DNA of 64,000 bases. Source: Syntrophales bacterium (GTDB lineage: Bacteria > Desulfobacterota > Syntrophia > Syntrophales > UBA2210). Position numbers and translations under genes: made by a program. The stretch covers positions 224,001 to 288,000 of the forward strand of contig CAXXNF010000002.1 of NCBI GenBank assembly GCA_963666365.2. Reading direction: 5' to 3'. This document shows, one piece after another, positions 49,537 to 58,469 of this stretch. The notes beneath the pieces are model-generated. The model was not told the origin of the DNA. It made no database searches and saw only the letters and a list, made by a program, of their open reading frames with translations. Positions within the stretch are counted from its first letter, which is position 1. The number at the start of each line of letters is the position of its first letter.

Positions 49537-50859
49537 ATGAAAACCAGAAAGAATGTGAGAAGCGGAAAGCCAATGGCGCCCAGTAAAAGGACAGCCGGTT
49601 CGGAAATACTGCAAAAATTTTTGAATGGCAGCAGGAAAAGCTATGCCACTTCACTTAATATAGATTTCATACTGGAAAATGCACCCGAGGCCATTTATGT
49701 GGTGCAGGACGGAAAATTCAAATACGTCAACAAAAAGGTGTCGGAGATTCTTGGATTTTCAAAAGAGGAGATGTTGACCAAACAACCTCAGGATTTTGTC
49801 CATCCCGAAGATAAAAAACGGGTTATTGACAATTATTTCAGGAGATTGAAGGGGGAGGACATCGAACCCTATCTGTATAAAGGGTATGACAAATACGGTA
49901 ATTTGCAGTGGAGAAAAATCGCGGACCTGGTGATACTCTGGGAGGGCCGGCCGGCGACACTCAATTTTGTAAGCGATGCAACGCCGCGGGTGAAAGCGGA
50001 AGAGGCGTTCAAAAAATCCGAGCGGCAGCTGGCTGATATAATGGATTTTTTGCCCGACGCCACTTTCGCCCGGGATGTGGAAGGAACAGTAATTGCCTGG
50101 AATAAGGAAATGGAAAAGATGTCGGGAATCAAAGCGGCCGATATAATAGGAAAAGGAAACTACGAGTATGCCCTTCCCTTTTACGGAATCAGAAGGCCGA
50201 TGCTTATCGATCTTATTCTCAAACCGGACAGGGAAATAGAAAAAGACTATGTCTATTTCAAGAGGGAAAAAAATTTCATCTATGCCGTAAGCCGCTTTAT
50301 GTCCAAAGGGGCGCCTGTCTGGATCTGGGCCAAGTCAAGCATCATTTACGATCATCATGAAAATATCATCGGCGCCGTTGCTTCGATCCGGGATATAACC
50401 GATTCGAAGATCGCCGAAGATGAACTGACGGAAAAAACAGCCAATCTGGAGGCGGCAAATACTGCCTTGAAGGTGCTGCTGAAACACAGAGAGAACGACC
50501 AGAACGAACTCGAAGATAAAATAATACGAAATATACGAGAATTGGTTCTGCCCTATATCGAGAACCTGAAGATTGCCGGACTGAGTTCCGCTCAGGCCCG
50601 GTATGTCAATATCGCTGAAAGGCATTTAAACGAGATCGTTTCTCCTTTTCTGGTTAAAATGGCGCACAAGCATCGAAAATTAACCCCCCGAGAGCTGCAG
50701 ATCGCCAGCTTGATCAAGGACGGAAAAACCACAAAAGAAATTGCCGAAATACTCAATCTCGAAACCACTACCATTAATAATCACAGAGGTCGCCTCAGGA
50801 AAAAACTCGAACTGAAGGGCAAAGATAAAAATCTTCGCTCCTACCTGCTGTCCTTCTAA
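49537..50859 (+). CDS. PAS-PAS-LuxR transcriptional regulator
   Basis: PAS1 (YVN..SEILGFS..FVHPED), PAS2 (LPDATF..WNKEME..RDIT), coiled coil, LTPRELQIASLIKDGKTTKEIAE HTH. Confidence 0.9.
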   Translation: MKTRKNVRSGKPMAPSKRTAGSEILQKFLNGSRKSYATSLNIDFILENAPEAIYVVQDGKFKYVNKKVSEILGFSKEEMLTKQPQDFVHPEDKKRVIDNYFRRLKGEDIEPYLYKGYDKYGNLQWRKIADLVILWEGRPATLNFVSDATPRVKAEEAFKKSERQLADIMDFLPDATFARDVEGTVIAWNKEMEKMSGIKAADIIGKGNYEYALPFYGIRRPMLIDLILKPDREIEKDYVYFKREKNFIYAVSRFMSKGAPVWIWAKSSIIYDHHENIIGAVASIRDITDSKIAEDELTEKTANLEAANTALKVLLKHRENDQNELEDKIIRNIRELVLPYIENLKIAGLSSAQARYVNIAERHLNEIVSPFLVKMAHKHRKLTPRELQIASLIKDGKTTKEIAEILNLETTTINNHRGRLRKKLELKGKDKNLRSYLLSF

Positions 50860-51092
50860 TTAAGTGGTACACTGCTCATGTAGTTTCCGATGCAGGGGCA
50901 CGAGGAGTTTCTGAAGAGACGTCATCTCCTGTTTCAGGCTGATCCTGTCTTGTCTGATAAATCGAATTAGATACATCAGTGTTATACTGAGAAACACTAA
51001 TACATTGGGCAGTAAAAAATGCGTATATGCCCAGCTGTATTTTTTCGCCTTTTCGAACTATAGGCATAGGCAATAAGATGGTTTGCATGTGA

Positions 51093-51290
51093 CATACGTA
51101 TAAGACACTGAACAGCGTGGCTCATGTGTGTGCCTGCGACCATCAGGTTGTACGCGATGTCTACGTAGCGGAATATGAATTCCCGTGCAGATACTATGAT
51201 AATGCCGGCGCTCCGGCAAAACCGGTTGTGATGCCTGCCGAATACGTCATGCCGGCACCTCCGGCTGATCTCGAACGGTGCACCAGATAG
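51093..51290 (+). pseudogene. 3' remnant (about 65 codons) of an ABC substrate-binding protein paralogous to 53427 and 58470
   Basis: Reads TYKTLNSVAHVCACDHQVVRDVYVAEYEFP...PPADLERCTR*; in-frame TGA at 51090; not in the ORF track. Confidence 0.88.
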
Positions 51291-51392
51291 GAAAAAAGTT
51301 GATTGCAGACTGCAAAATAAGAGCGGGACTCGGGGGGAATGTTCGGGGGCCGCTTTATTTTTAATATGTTATGCAAGGGAGGTACTATAACA

Positions 51393-53060
51393 ATGGGAAG
51401 TAACACATATCTTGAACATTACGATTACTGTGTGCCGGCGAGCCTTCGCACGCCGCGTCTGTCCGTGGCCGAGCTTCTGCAGATACCCGCAAATGCCTAT
51501 CCCGACAAGGCGGCAACGAATTTTTACGGTACGGAGATTACCTTCTGGGAGCTTCGGGCGCTTTCAATTCGCATGGCCAATGCGCTGGCGAAATTGGGAA
51601 TAGAGAAAGGCGATCGCGTGGGACTGCATCTTCCCACCTGTCCCCAGTATGTCATCGCCTACTATGCCATTCTCACACTGGGAGCGATCGTGGTGAATCT
51701 CAATCCCATCTACACGGAAGAGGAGATCAAAGAGGTTGCCGAGAATGTGGACATGAAGGGGCTCGTTACCTCTGATCTTTCACTTGCCACGATACGTGCA
51801 CTCTGCAAAGCGACGTCGATCCCCCTGGTGATCGTCACAAAAATATCCGATTTTATGGATGGAAAAGAAAAAAGCACGGCAGAAAGCCTCGATCTCGAAG
51901 AGGGCTGGTATCATTATTCAACCATTCTGGATGGTTGTACCGATACCACCCGTCCTCGCGTCGAAGTAGATCCCGACGATCCGGCCCTCCTGCAGTTTAC
52001 GGGGGGCACCACCGGCGTGCCCAAGGGGGCCATTCTGACTCACTACAATGTGGTGTCGTCAATATTGCGCTGTTCCGTCTGGGGTAACGCGGCAATCCAG
52101 AATATTCCGCCGGAGCGGCGTTATGTGCTCTTGGTGCTGCCGCTTTTCCATGTGTACGGCAACATCGTGACCATGAATTGGGCTATATTCAACTGCACGA
52201 CCCAGATTCTGGTTCCCCGCTTCGATCTCGATGAAATAATGGGTATTCTGGCAAGCTTCAAGGAGATAACTTATTTTCCTGCCGTGCCGACCATGTTGAC
52301 GGCGATCATCAACCACCCCGATGTGGCTGAGCTGGGGCTTGGCAAGAAAATTGGATTTGTCAATTCGGGTGCCGCCCCCATGCCGGTGGAGCTTATCGAA
52401 AAAATCAAAGATATGGGCGTGTATTTCAGTGAGGGCTGGGGCATGACCGAGACCTGTTCCGCAGGAATCTCCAGTCCCACTTTGGGCCGTAAGAAGGTTG
52501 GGAGCATCGGCATCCCCTATCCCGACATGGAGGTTCGGTTGGTCGATGTGGAGGATGGTGTCACCGATGTGAAACAGGGCGAGCCCGGCGAGATCATCAT
52601 CAAGGGTCCCATGGTGATGAAAGGCTATTGGAACAATCCTGAAGAGACGGCAAACCAACTCAAAGATGGCTGGCTTTACACCGGCGACATTGCGGTTCAG
52701 GACGAGGACGGCTACTACTTTATCGTAGATCGCAAAAAGGACATGATCATTGCCGGTGGGTTCAACATCTATCCGCGAGAGATCGACGAAGTACTGCACC
52801 AGCATCAGAAGATCGCCCAGGCGATATCGGTGGGTGTCCATGACGACTACCGCGGCGAAACGGTAAAGGCCTTCATCGTATTAAAGGAAGGTGAAGCGAT
52901 GACCGAGAGGGAGGTGATCGCCTTCTGCAAGGAAAAGCTGGTGGCCTACAAGGTGCCGAAGCTGGTTGAGTTCCGTGATTCTCTTCCCCAGTCCGCCGTG
53001 GGCAAGGTCCTGCGAAAGGTGTTGAGAGAGGAAGAAGAAGCGAAGAAGAAAAAGAGTTAG
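51393..53060 (+). CDS. Long-chain-fatty-acid--CoA ligase (FadD-like)
   Basis: QFTGGTTGVPKG, EGWGMTET, WLYTGD, DRKKDMIIAGGFNIYPRE, LPQSAVGK; GGAGG RBS. Confidence 0.93.
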   Translation: MGSNTYLEHYDYCVPASLRTPRLSVAELLQIPANAYPDKAATNFYGTEITFWELRALSIRMANALAKLGIEKGDRVGLHLPTCPQYVIAYYAILTLGAIVVNLNPIYTEEEIKEVAENVDMKGLVTSDLSLATIRALCKATSIPLVIVTKISDFMDGKEKSTAESLDLEEGWYHYSTILDGCTDTTRPRVEVDPDDPALLQFTGGTTGVPKGAILTHYNVVSSILRCSVWGNAAIQNIPPERRYVLLVLPLFHVYGNIVTMNWAIFNCTTQILVPRFDLDEIMGILASFKEITYFPAVPTMLTAIINHPDVAELGLGKKIGFVNSGAAPMPVELIEKIKDMGVYFSEGWGMTETCSAGISSPTLGRKKVGSIGIPYPDMEVRLVDVEDGVTDVKQGEPGEIIIKGPMVMKGYWNNPEETANQLKDGWLYTGDIAVQDEDGYYFIVDRKKDMIIAGGFNIYPREIDEVLHQHQKIAQAISVGVHDDYRGETVKAFIVLKEGEAMTEREVIAFCKEKLVAYKVPKLVEFRDSLPQSAVGKVLRKVLREEEEAKKKKS

Positions 53061-53426
53061 CGGAAGAGGCTCTCCCTGGAATGCGTGCATTGTGGGGAGA
53101 GCCGTTCTCTATGATAATCTCGCGACAATCCAATGGTGCCAGTCTGCTAAGAGATATCCTTAGTTCTTACAACATTGAGCTCAAAAATCTAAGATATTAG
53201 TTAACTGTAAATCCGTGTCTCGCCGATTATATTGGGTGCTGATTTCGCGTATTAAGTATCATGATTCGGATGAGATGAAGCCCTGTATGAATATGGGTGC
53301 CACGGGTCCTTTTGGGGATTGTCTTTAATGTGACGGAGCCTGGGTTATCGAAGAATTAGAGAGGGTGGACTGCTTATTTTTGCAGATGAAAGAAAATGCG
53401 TTTTTAGGAAGAAAGGAGATGGTAGT

Positions 53427-54782
53427 ATGAAAAGTATATGGAAAAGTCGTTTCACAGTAGTGTGTCTCGTGTGCCTCTGTGCCGTGGGCATATCATTAAT
53501 GGGAGTATCCGGCGTACAGGCGGCAATGCCGGCCTTCGATTTCAGTAAGATGTCCGATATGTCGGGGTTTGATCCGAGCAGCTTTGAAAACCCCACCGGC
53601 GATGTGGTCAAGATCGGTGTTGTCGAGGCCTTTTCGGGACCCGGCGCCTTTAACGGACAGATTTACTGGATGGTCAACAGCTGGGTTGCCTACGACTACA
53701 ACAAGCGGGGCGGCGTCATGGTGGACGGTAAAAAGAAACAGATCGCCGTCATCAAGGGAGACAGCCAGGGTAAACCGGCCATCTGCAAAAAGATTACGGA
53801 GAAACTCTGTCTCGAAGATAAAGTCGATCTGATCTTTGGAACGGCGGGAAGTCATCTGACGCTGATCGTGCAACAGACTGCGAAGAAATACAAAACTGTT
53901 TTCATGAATACGTTGTCGGTTTCTGATGCCCTCATGGATGCAAAAAACTTCAATCGCTATTCATTCAGAACCACCCTCACCACAAAATCGATCGGTATGG
54001 GCATGGCCTATTTCTATTCCAAACGGCCGGAAACAAAATTTTATATTCTGAATCAGGATTATTCTTTTGGACATGATGCGGCGCAGGTGTTTAAAGATGC
54101 ACTGAAAAAATATAAACCGGAAGCCCAGGTTGTGGGTGAAGATTATCATCCCCTTTTCCTGAAAGATTTTGCACCCTATATCACAAAGATTATGGCCTCG
54201 GGGGCGGAAGTCATCTTCACCGGCGACTGGTCGCCCGATGCACAGAATCTGCTGGTGCAGTCACGCCAGTTGGGATGTAAACTGCCCTATGCCAATGTAT
54301 ACATGGATGCGCCGGCAACACTGGCCGCCGTCGGTGGAGAAGGCACAAGAGGACTGGTGAATCTGAACGACCATCATATGACAACCGGTACACCGGAGCT
54401 GGAAAAGTATATAGAAGTAGTTCACAACACCTGGAAAAACTGGAAGGCGCCCTATGACACCATCATGTGGGCCTGGCCTGTCGGCGCCGGTTATAAAGCA
54501 CTGGTAATGGATTACTGGATGATGGACGTAGTTGAGCGGGCCGGCAGCACCGATCCGGAAAAGATCATCAAAACCTGGGAAGGGGATACCTATAAGGCAA
54601 TCAATGGCGTGGTGCACATGCGTGCCTGCGATCATCAGATGGTCCGTGATCTTTTTGTGGCGGAATACGAATTCCCCAACAAATACTATGATGACGCCGC
54701 CGCGCCCGGCAAGCCCTTTATCGTGCCGGCTGAACATGCGTTTGCGGCTCCTCCTGCCGACCTCGAACGGTGCAAGAAGTAG
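53427..54782 (+). CDS. ABC transporter substrate-binding protein (LivJ/Peripla_BP_6 family)
   Basis: Signal peptide ending VQAA, VKIGVVEAFSGP, GDSQGKP, NQDYSFG, DFAPYITKI, RACDHQ. Confidence 0.88.
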   Translation: MKSIWKSRFTVVCLVCLCAVGISLMGVSGVQAAMPAFDFSKMSDMSGFDPSSFENPTGDVVKIGVVEAFSGPGAFNGQIYWMVNSWVAYDYNKRGGVMVDGKKKQIAVIKGDSQGKPAICKKITEKLCLEDKVDLIFGTAGSHLTLIVQQTAKKYKTVFMNTLSVSDALMDAKNFNRYSFRTTLTTKSIGMGMAYFYSKRPETKFYILNQDYSFGHDAAQVFKDALKKYKPEAQVVGEDYHPLFLKDFAPYITKIMASGAEVIFTGDWSPDAQNLLVQSRQLGCKLPYANVYMDAPATLAAVGGEGTRGLVNLNDHHMTTGTPELEKYIEVVHNTWKNWKAPYDTIMWAWPVGAGYKALVMDYWMMDVVERAGSTDPEKIIKTWEGDTYKAINGVVHMRACDHQMVRDLFVAEYEFPNKYYDDAAAPGKPFIVPAEHAFAAPPADLERCKK

Positions 54783-54813
54783 AACGGCAGCACTACAACA
54801 GAATGTGTAACAC

Positions 54814-54851
54814 AAAAGCGGCGCTCGGGAGGTTCGGGCGCCGCCTTTTTT
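54814..54851 (+). terminator. Intrinsic terminator after the first binding-protein gene
   Basis: gcggcgctcggg-agg-ttcgggcgccgc plus T tract. Confidence 0.75.
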
Positions 54852-54960
54852 CTGAAAAGCAGACAATGAAAAACCCTGTATGAGTTGGACAGAGCAATAT
54901 GATTGCGATATAGAAGTAATCTAATGAAATGCACGAGGCAGAAGAAAAGGCAACGCACGT

Positions 54961-55200
54961 TTCGTCAATCAGCCTATTGGGGGTAATGTGAGGCAATGAC
55001 AGGAGATTACGGGGTATGAGGAGCAAGAGCTTTTGACGCACCACCGCATGAAGTTTGTCCATCCCGACGATAGGGATGCGATTTATGAACGTGTGCAGCG
55101 AAGGTTCCAGGGTGAGTTGATTCCCCGCATGTACCCCTACCGGATTGTCTGCAAAAACGGTTCTGTTAAGTGGGTTGAGGTGAATACGGTTTTTATTATC
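54961..55200 (+). pseudogene. Remnant PAS domain of a lost sensor or regulator
   Basis: In-frame FVNQ(PIGGNVRQ*)QEITGYEEQELL...FVHPDDRDAIYERVQRRFQGELIPRMYPYRIVCKNGSVKWVEV; TGA at 54997. Confidence 0.7.
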
Positions 55201-55286
55201 CATTCAAAAACAGGCATAAAATGCCAAAGTCTTTTTAATAGTTTAATCGGTACCAAAATAATTCTTACATAGGGAGATAGACCTCA

Positions 55287-56582
55287 ATGGAAACAGTAAA
55301 ACCAGGACCCCTTTCCAATGTGAACGTACTGGATTTCACATGGGTGCTTGCGGGGCCGCATGCAGCAAAGACGTTGACGGACATGGGCGCACAGGTCATC
55401 AAAGTGGAGAAGTATAAAGCGGGCACCAATGAGCGGCATCAGGCGCTTCAGGTGGAAAAAAACGGCATCACCCAGTGTTCTTATCATCTTAATTTAAATC
55501 GCGGAAAAAAGAGCGTCTGTATCAATCTGAAACATCCCAAAGGTATAGAGCTGATCCACGAGTTGATAAAAAAAAGCGACATTATCATAGAAAACTTTTC
55601 TCCCCTGGTGATGGGCAGGCTGGGATTGGATTATGAGGGTGCCAGAAAAATCAAACCGAACATCATCTATTGTTCCATTTCTGCATGGGGGCATTTTGGC
55701 CCCAATAGCGACAAACCCGGTTATGACGCCATCGCCCAGGCGGCGAGCGGATGGATCGGACTTACTGCGAAGAAAGTGGGAGCGCCCGTGGCTATAGGAG
55801 ATACTATGGCGGCCATGCACGCCTGTACAGCCATATTGGGAGCCCTGTATCACAGAACACTTACGGGCGAGGGGCAGAACATTGATATTTCGCTGGTAGA
55901 CTGTCTTTTTTCTATCCACGAAACCTCTTTTCCCGCCTACTGGATCAGCGAGGCGGCAGGTAAACCTTTCATCATGCCGGGAACCGACCAGAAAAGTCCC
56001 ACGTCGTCCCCCTATGGGGTCTATAATGGTAAAAACGGCGCCATATCGATTGCGCTGCTCTCGGATAACCGATGGCCGGAGCTTGTGGATCTTATGGGAC
56101 CCGGCTATGAATGGCTGAAAACGGATCCTCGTACCATCGATGTTGCAGCGCGCTGTAAAAACGAGAATGTCTTCCTCGTCCATGACGCCCTGGAGTCATG
56201 GGTCATGTCGCAGGGTTCGGTGGAGGAGGCGGAAGGAAAACTGGAAGGGGTCGGGATACCCTGCTGTCGCGTGAAGACCATACCCGAATTGGCTACTACC
56301 GATCCCCATCTGGGGGCGCGCGGGATGCGCGTAAAGAAGGTGCAACCGTTCATTGGACCGATCACCATGAGCGGAAGCCCTCTGAAGTTTTCCGAAACAC
56401 CTGCCATGATACGGGGGTACGCCCCGTTTCTGGGGGAACACAACCGTGAAGTTCTCGGTTCCTTTCTTGACTATTCGAAGGAACAAATCGAGGCGCTTTA
56501 CAAAGAAGATGTGCTCTATCATGCCCCGGAGGTGGAAAAACTGCCGGAGGAATTAAAAAGGATTGCGGAGAACGCCGCGTGA
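55287..56582 (+). CDS. Family III CoA-transferase
   Basis: GPLSNVNVLDFT, LNRGKKS, IENFSP, GYDAIAQAASG, GEGQNIDISL, APFLGEHN. Confidence 0.92.
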   Translation: METVKPGPLSNVNVLDFTWVLAGPHAAKTLTDMGAQVIKVEKYKAGTNERHQALQVEKNGITQCSYHLNLNRGKKSVCINLKHPKGIELIHELIKKSDIIIENFSPLVMGRLGLDYEGARKIKPNIIYCSISAWGHFGPNSDKPGYDAIAQAASGWIGLTAKKVGAPVAIGDTMAAMHACTAILGALYHRTLTGEGQNIDISLVDCLFSIHETSFPAYWISEAAGKPFIMPGTDQKSPTSSPYGVYNGKNGAISIALLSDNRWPELVDLMGPGYEWLKTDPRTIDVAARCKNENVFLVHDALESWVMSQGSVEEAEGKLEGVGIPCCRVKTIPELATTDPHLGARGMRVKKVQPFIGPITMSGSPLKFSETPAMIRGYAPFLGEHNREVLGSFLDYSKEQIEALYKEDVLYHAPEVEKLPEELKRIAENAA

Positions 56583-56626
56583 AACTGAACGTAACTATCG
56601 TTTAATAACAGGAAGGAGAAGTTGTA

Positions 56627-58168
56627 ATGATCAAAACAGTAGAACAGTACCTTGAAAGTTTAAATGACGGGCGTGAAGTCTGGTGCCTGGGAGAAAAGGT
56701 TGCCGACGTGCGGACCCATCCGACAATCAGCACCATCATCAGAATGGCTACGATGGATTATGTCCTGCCGAATCATCAGGATTACAGGGATATCTTTGTG
56801 ACTCAGGACGAAGACGGTGAGGATATCAATTTTCTTCTCACGTCGCCGAAGACGTCTGAAGACATGCTGCGGCGCCGCGAATGCTATCTGGCGGGCATGA
56901 GATCGGGCGGTGGCGTTCTCGTTCATTGCATGGGCGCCGATGCGCTGGCCTCATTCAGTGTCGCCGCCGAGGTTATGGACAAGAAACTGGGCACGGGATA
57001 CATGGAGCGTGTCGAGCAGTACCGTAGGCACCTTCAGAAGAACGACCTGGCCCTGACCGGTGCCATTACGGATGTGAAGGGAGACAGAAGCCTGCATCCC
57101 TCACAGCAGAAGCAGCACCAGGACTTTTATGTGCGAGTAGTGGATAAACAGAAGGATGGCATTATAGTCCGCGGAGCCAAGGTGCATATCAGCGCATCCC
57201 CCTGCGCCAACGAACTGCTCTGCCTGCCCTGCCGGACCCACGGGGAAGCGGACCAGGATTACGCCCTTGCCTTTGCCGTGCCCGTCAATACGCCTGGGGT
57301 GAAGCTTCTGGGCGTGGAGCCGAATGTCCGTTTGTACGGCGAAGAATGCGAATTCGACTATCCCTATTCGGATCATTTGCAGCCGTCGGAGTCTCTGGTC
57401 ATTTTCGATGACGTATTTGTGCCTTGGGAGCGTGTATTCATGTGCGGCGAGTGGCAGTATTCCCAGGTGCTGGCCTATGCCTTTGCCAGCTATCACCGCC
57501 TTTTCGGTACCTGCAAGATGACGAGTACCCTCGAGATAATGACCGGTGCGGCGAGTCTGATCGCCGAATACAATGGTGTCCGGAATGTGCCCCACGTGAG
57601 GAAGAAACTGGCCTGGATGGCCTATATCACCGAAACGGTGCAGATGCTGGGGAAACAGGCCTGTCTCGATCCGGTCACGGAATTCGGCATGGATGTGATG
57701 ATGCCGAACCGCATGGCCATCAATTCGTCGAAATTCACCTATGCGAGTAATTTCCATCAGATGGTACAGCACATGCAGGATATCGGCGGCGGATTGACCA
57801 CCACCGTACCGGCCTTCCGTGATTGGAAGAACCCGGAGATACAGCCCTTCATCGAGAAATATCTGGCGGCGAAAGACGGGATTTCCACAGAGGAACGGAT
57901 GCGCATGTTGCGGCTCATCAAGGATGTAACGGGAAATCACTGGGAAACCGACACCATTCACGGGGAAGGATCCATGGCGGCGCAGGAGATGTTCCTGTTC
58001 GGCAGTGCCGACTGGAATAAGCTGCATTCGGCGGCGAAACGGGCTGCCCATATCGACGGGTGGCAGGATGATGCCGTATACGGCAAGCTTCCCCTGCGGA
58101 AGGATTATGTAACTATGCCTTCTATCGATGAATCCTATGAAAGCATCGCAATGACGGCAAAGAAATAA
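56627..58168 (+). CDS. 4-hydroxybutyryl-CoA dehydratase (AbfD)/HpaB family flavoprotein, divergent
   Basis: QYLESL, AITDVKGDRS, GIIVRGAKVH, ESLVIFDDVFVPWERVFMCGE, YHR...CK, HGEGS. Confidence 0.85.
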   Translation: MIKTVEQYLESLNDGREVWCLGEKVADVRTHPTISTIIRMATMDYVLPNHQDYRDIFVTQDEDGEDINFLLTSPKTSEDMLRRRECYLAGMRSGGGVLVHCMGADALASFSVAAEVMDKKLGTGYMERVEQYRRHLQKNDLALTGAITDVKGDRSLHPSQQKQHQDFYVRVVDKQKDGIIVRGAKVHISASPCANELLCLPCRTHGEADQDYALAFAVPVNTPGVKLLGVEPNVRLYGEECEFDYPYSDHLQPSESLVIFDDVFVPWERVFMCGEWQYSQVLAYAFASYHRLFGTCKMTSTLEIMTGAASLIAEYNGVRNVPHVRKKLAWMAYITETVQMLGKQACLDPVTEFGMDVMMPNRMAINSSKFTYASNFHQMVQHMQDIGGGLTTTVPAFRDWKNPEIQPFIEKYLAAKDGISTEERMRMLRLIKDVTGNHWETDTIHGEGSMAAQEMFLFGSADWNKLHSAAKRAAHIDGWQDDAVYGKLPLRKDYVTMPSIDESYESIAMTAKK

Positions 58169-58173
58169 CTCGC

Positions 58174-58215
58174 TCCTTTTCCGCCCGGGAATGTGCTTCC
58201 CGGGTGGAAAAGGGA
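58174..58215. terminator. Long hairpin after the AbfD-like gene
   Basis: tccttttccgcccgggaa-tgtgc-ttcccgggtggaaaaggga, about 18-bp stem. Confidence 0.7.
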
Positions 58216-58469
58216 CTTCAGATTTGCAAATAACCTGCCCATACGTGCATCACAACGGTCAAATAGATAGGCAATTAATTGATTATTAGTTGATTATTTT
58301 ATTGGCCAAATATATCTTCACATATCAACCAAAATATTATATTGTACTAAGCAAAAAGAAGAGGTATATACTCCATACGCGGAGCGATATATTAACCGAT
58401 GGTGTTGATGATGTGTTACACCGGGCAACTGCAAGTGGTTGGTAAAACCACCCAAAAAGGAGGACATGC

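Noticed and set aside
51093..51290. Remnant as a diversity-generating retroelement template repeat for the binding-protein C-termini
   Set aside because: Differences from the intact copies are not adenine-specific (many synonymous third-position changes), and no reverse transcriptase is in the window.
54997..54999. In-frame TGA codons (54997, 51090) as selenocysteine
   Set aside because: They are not at Cys-equivalent positions, have no intact upstream coding region and no clear SECIS; gene decay is the simpler explanation.
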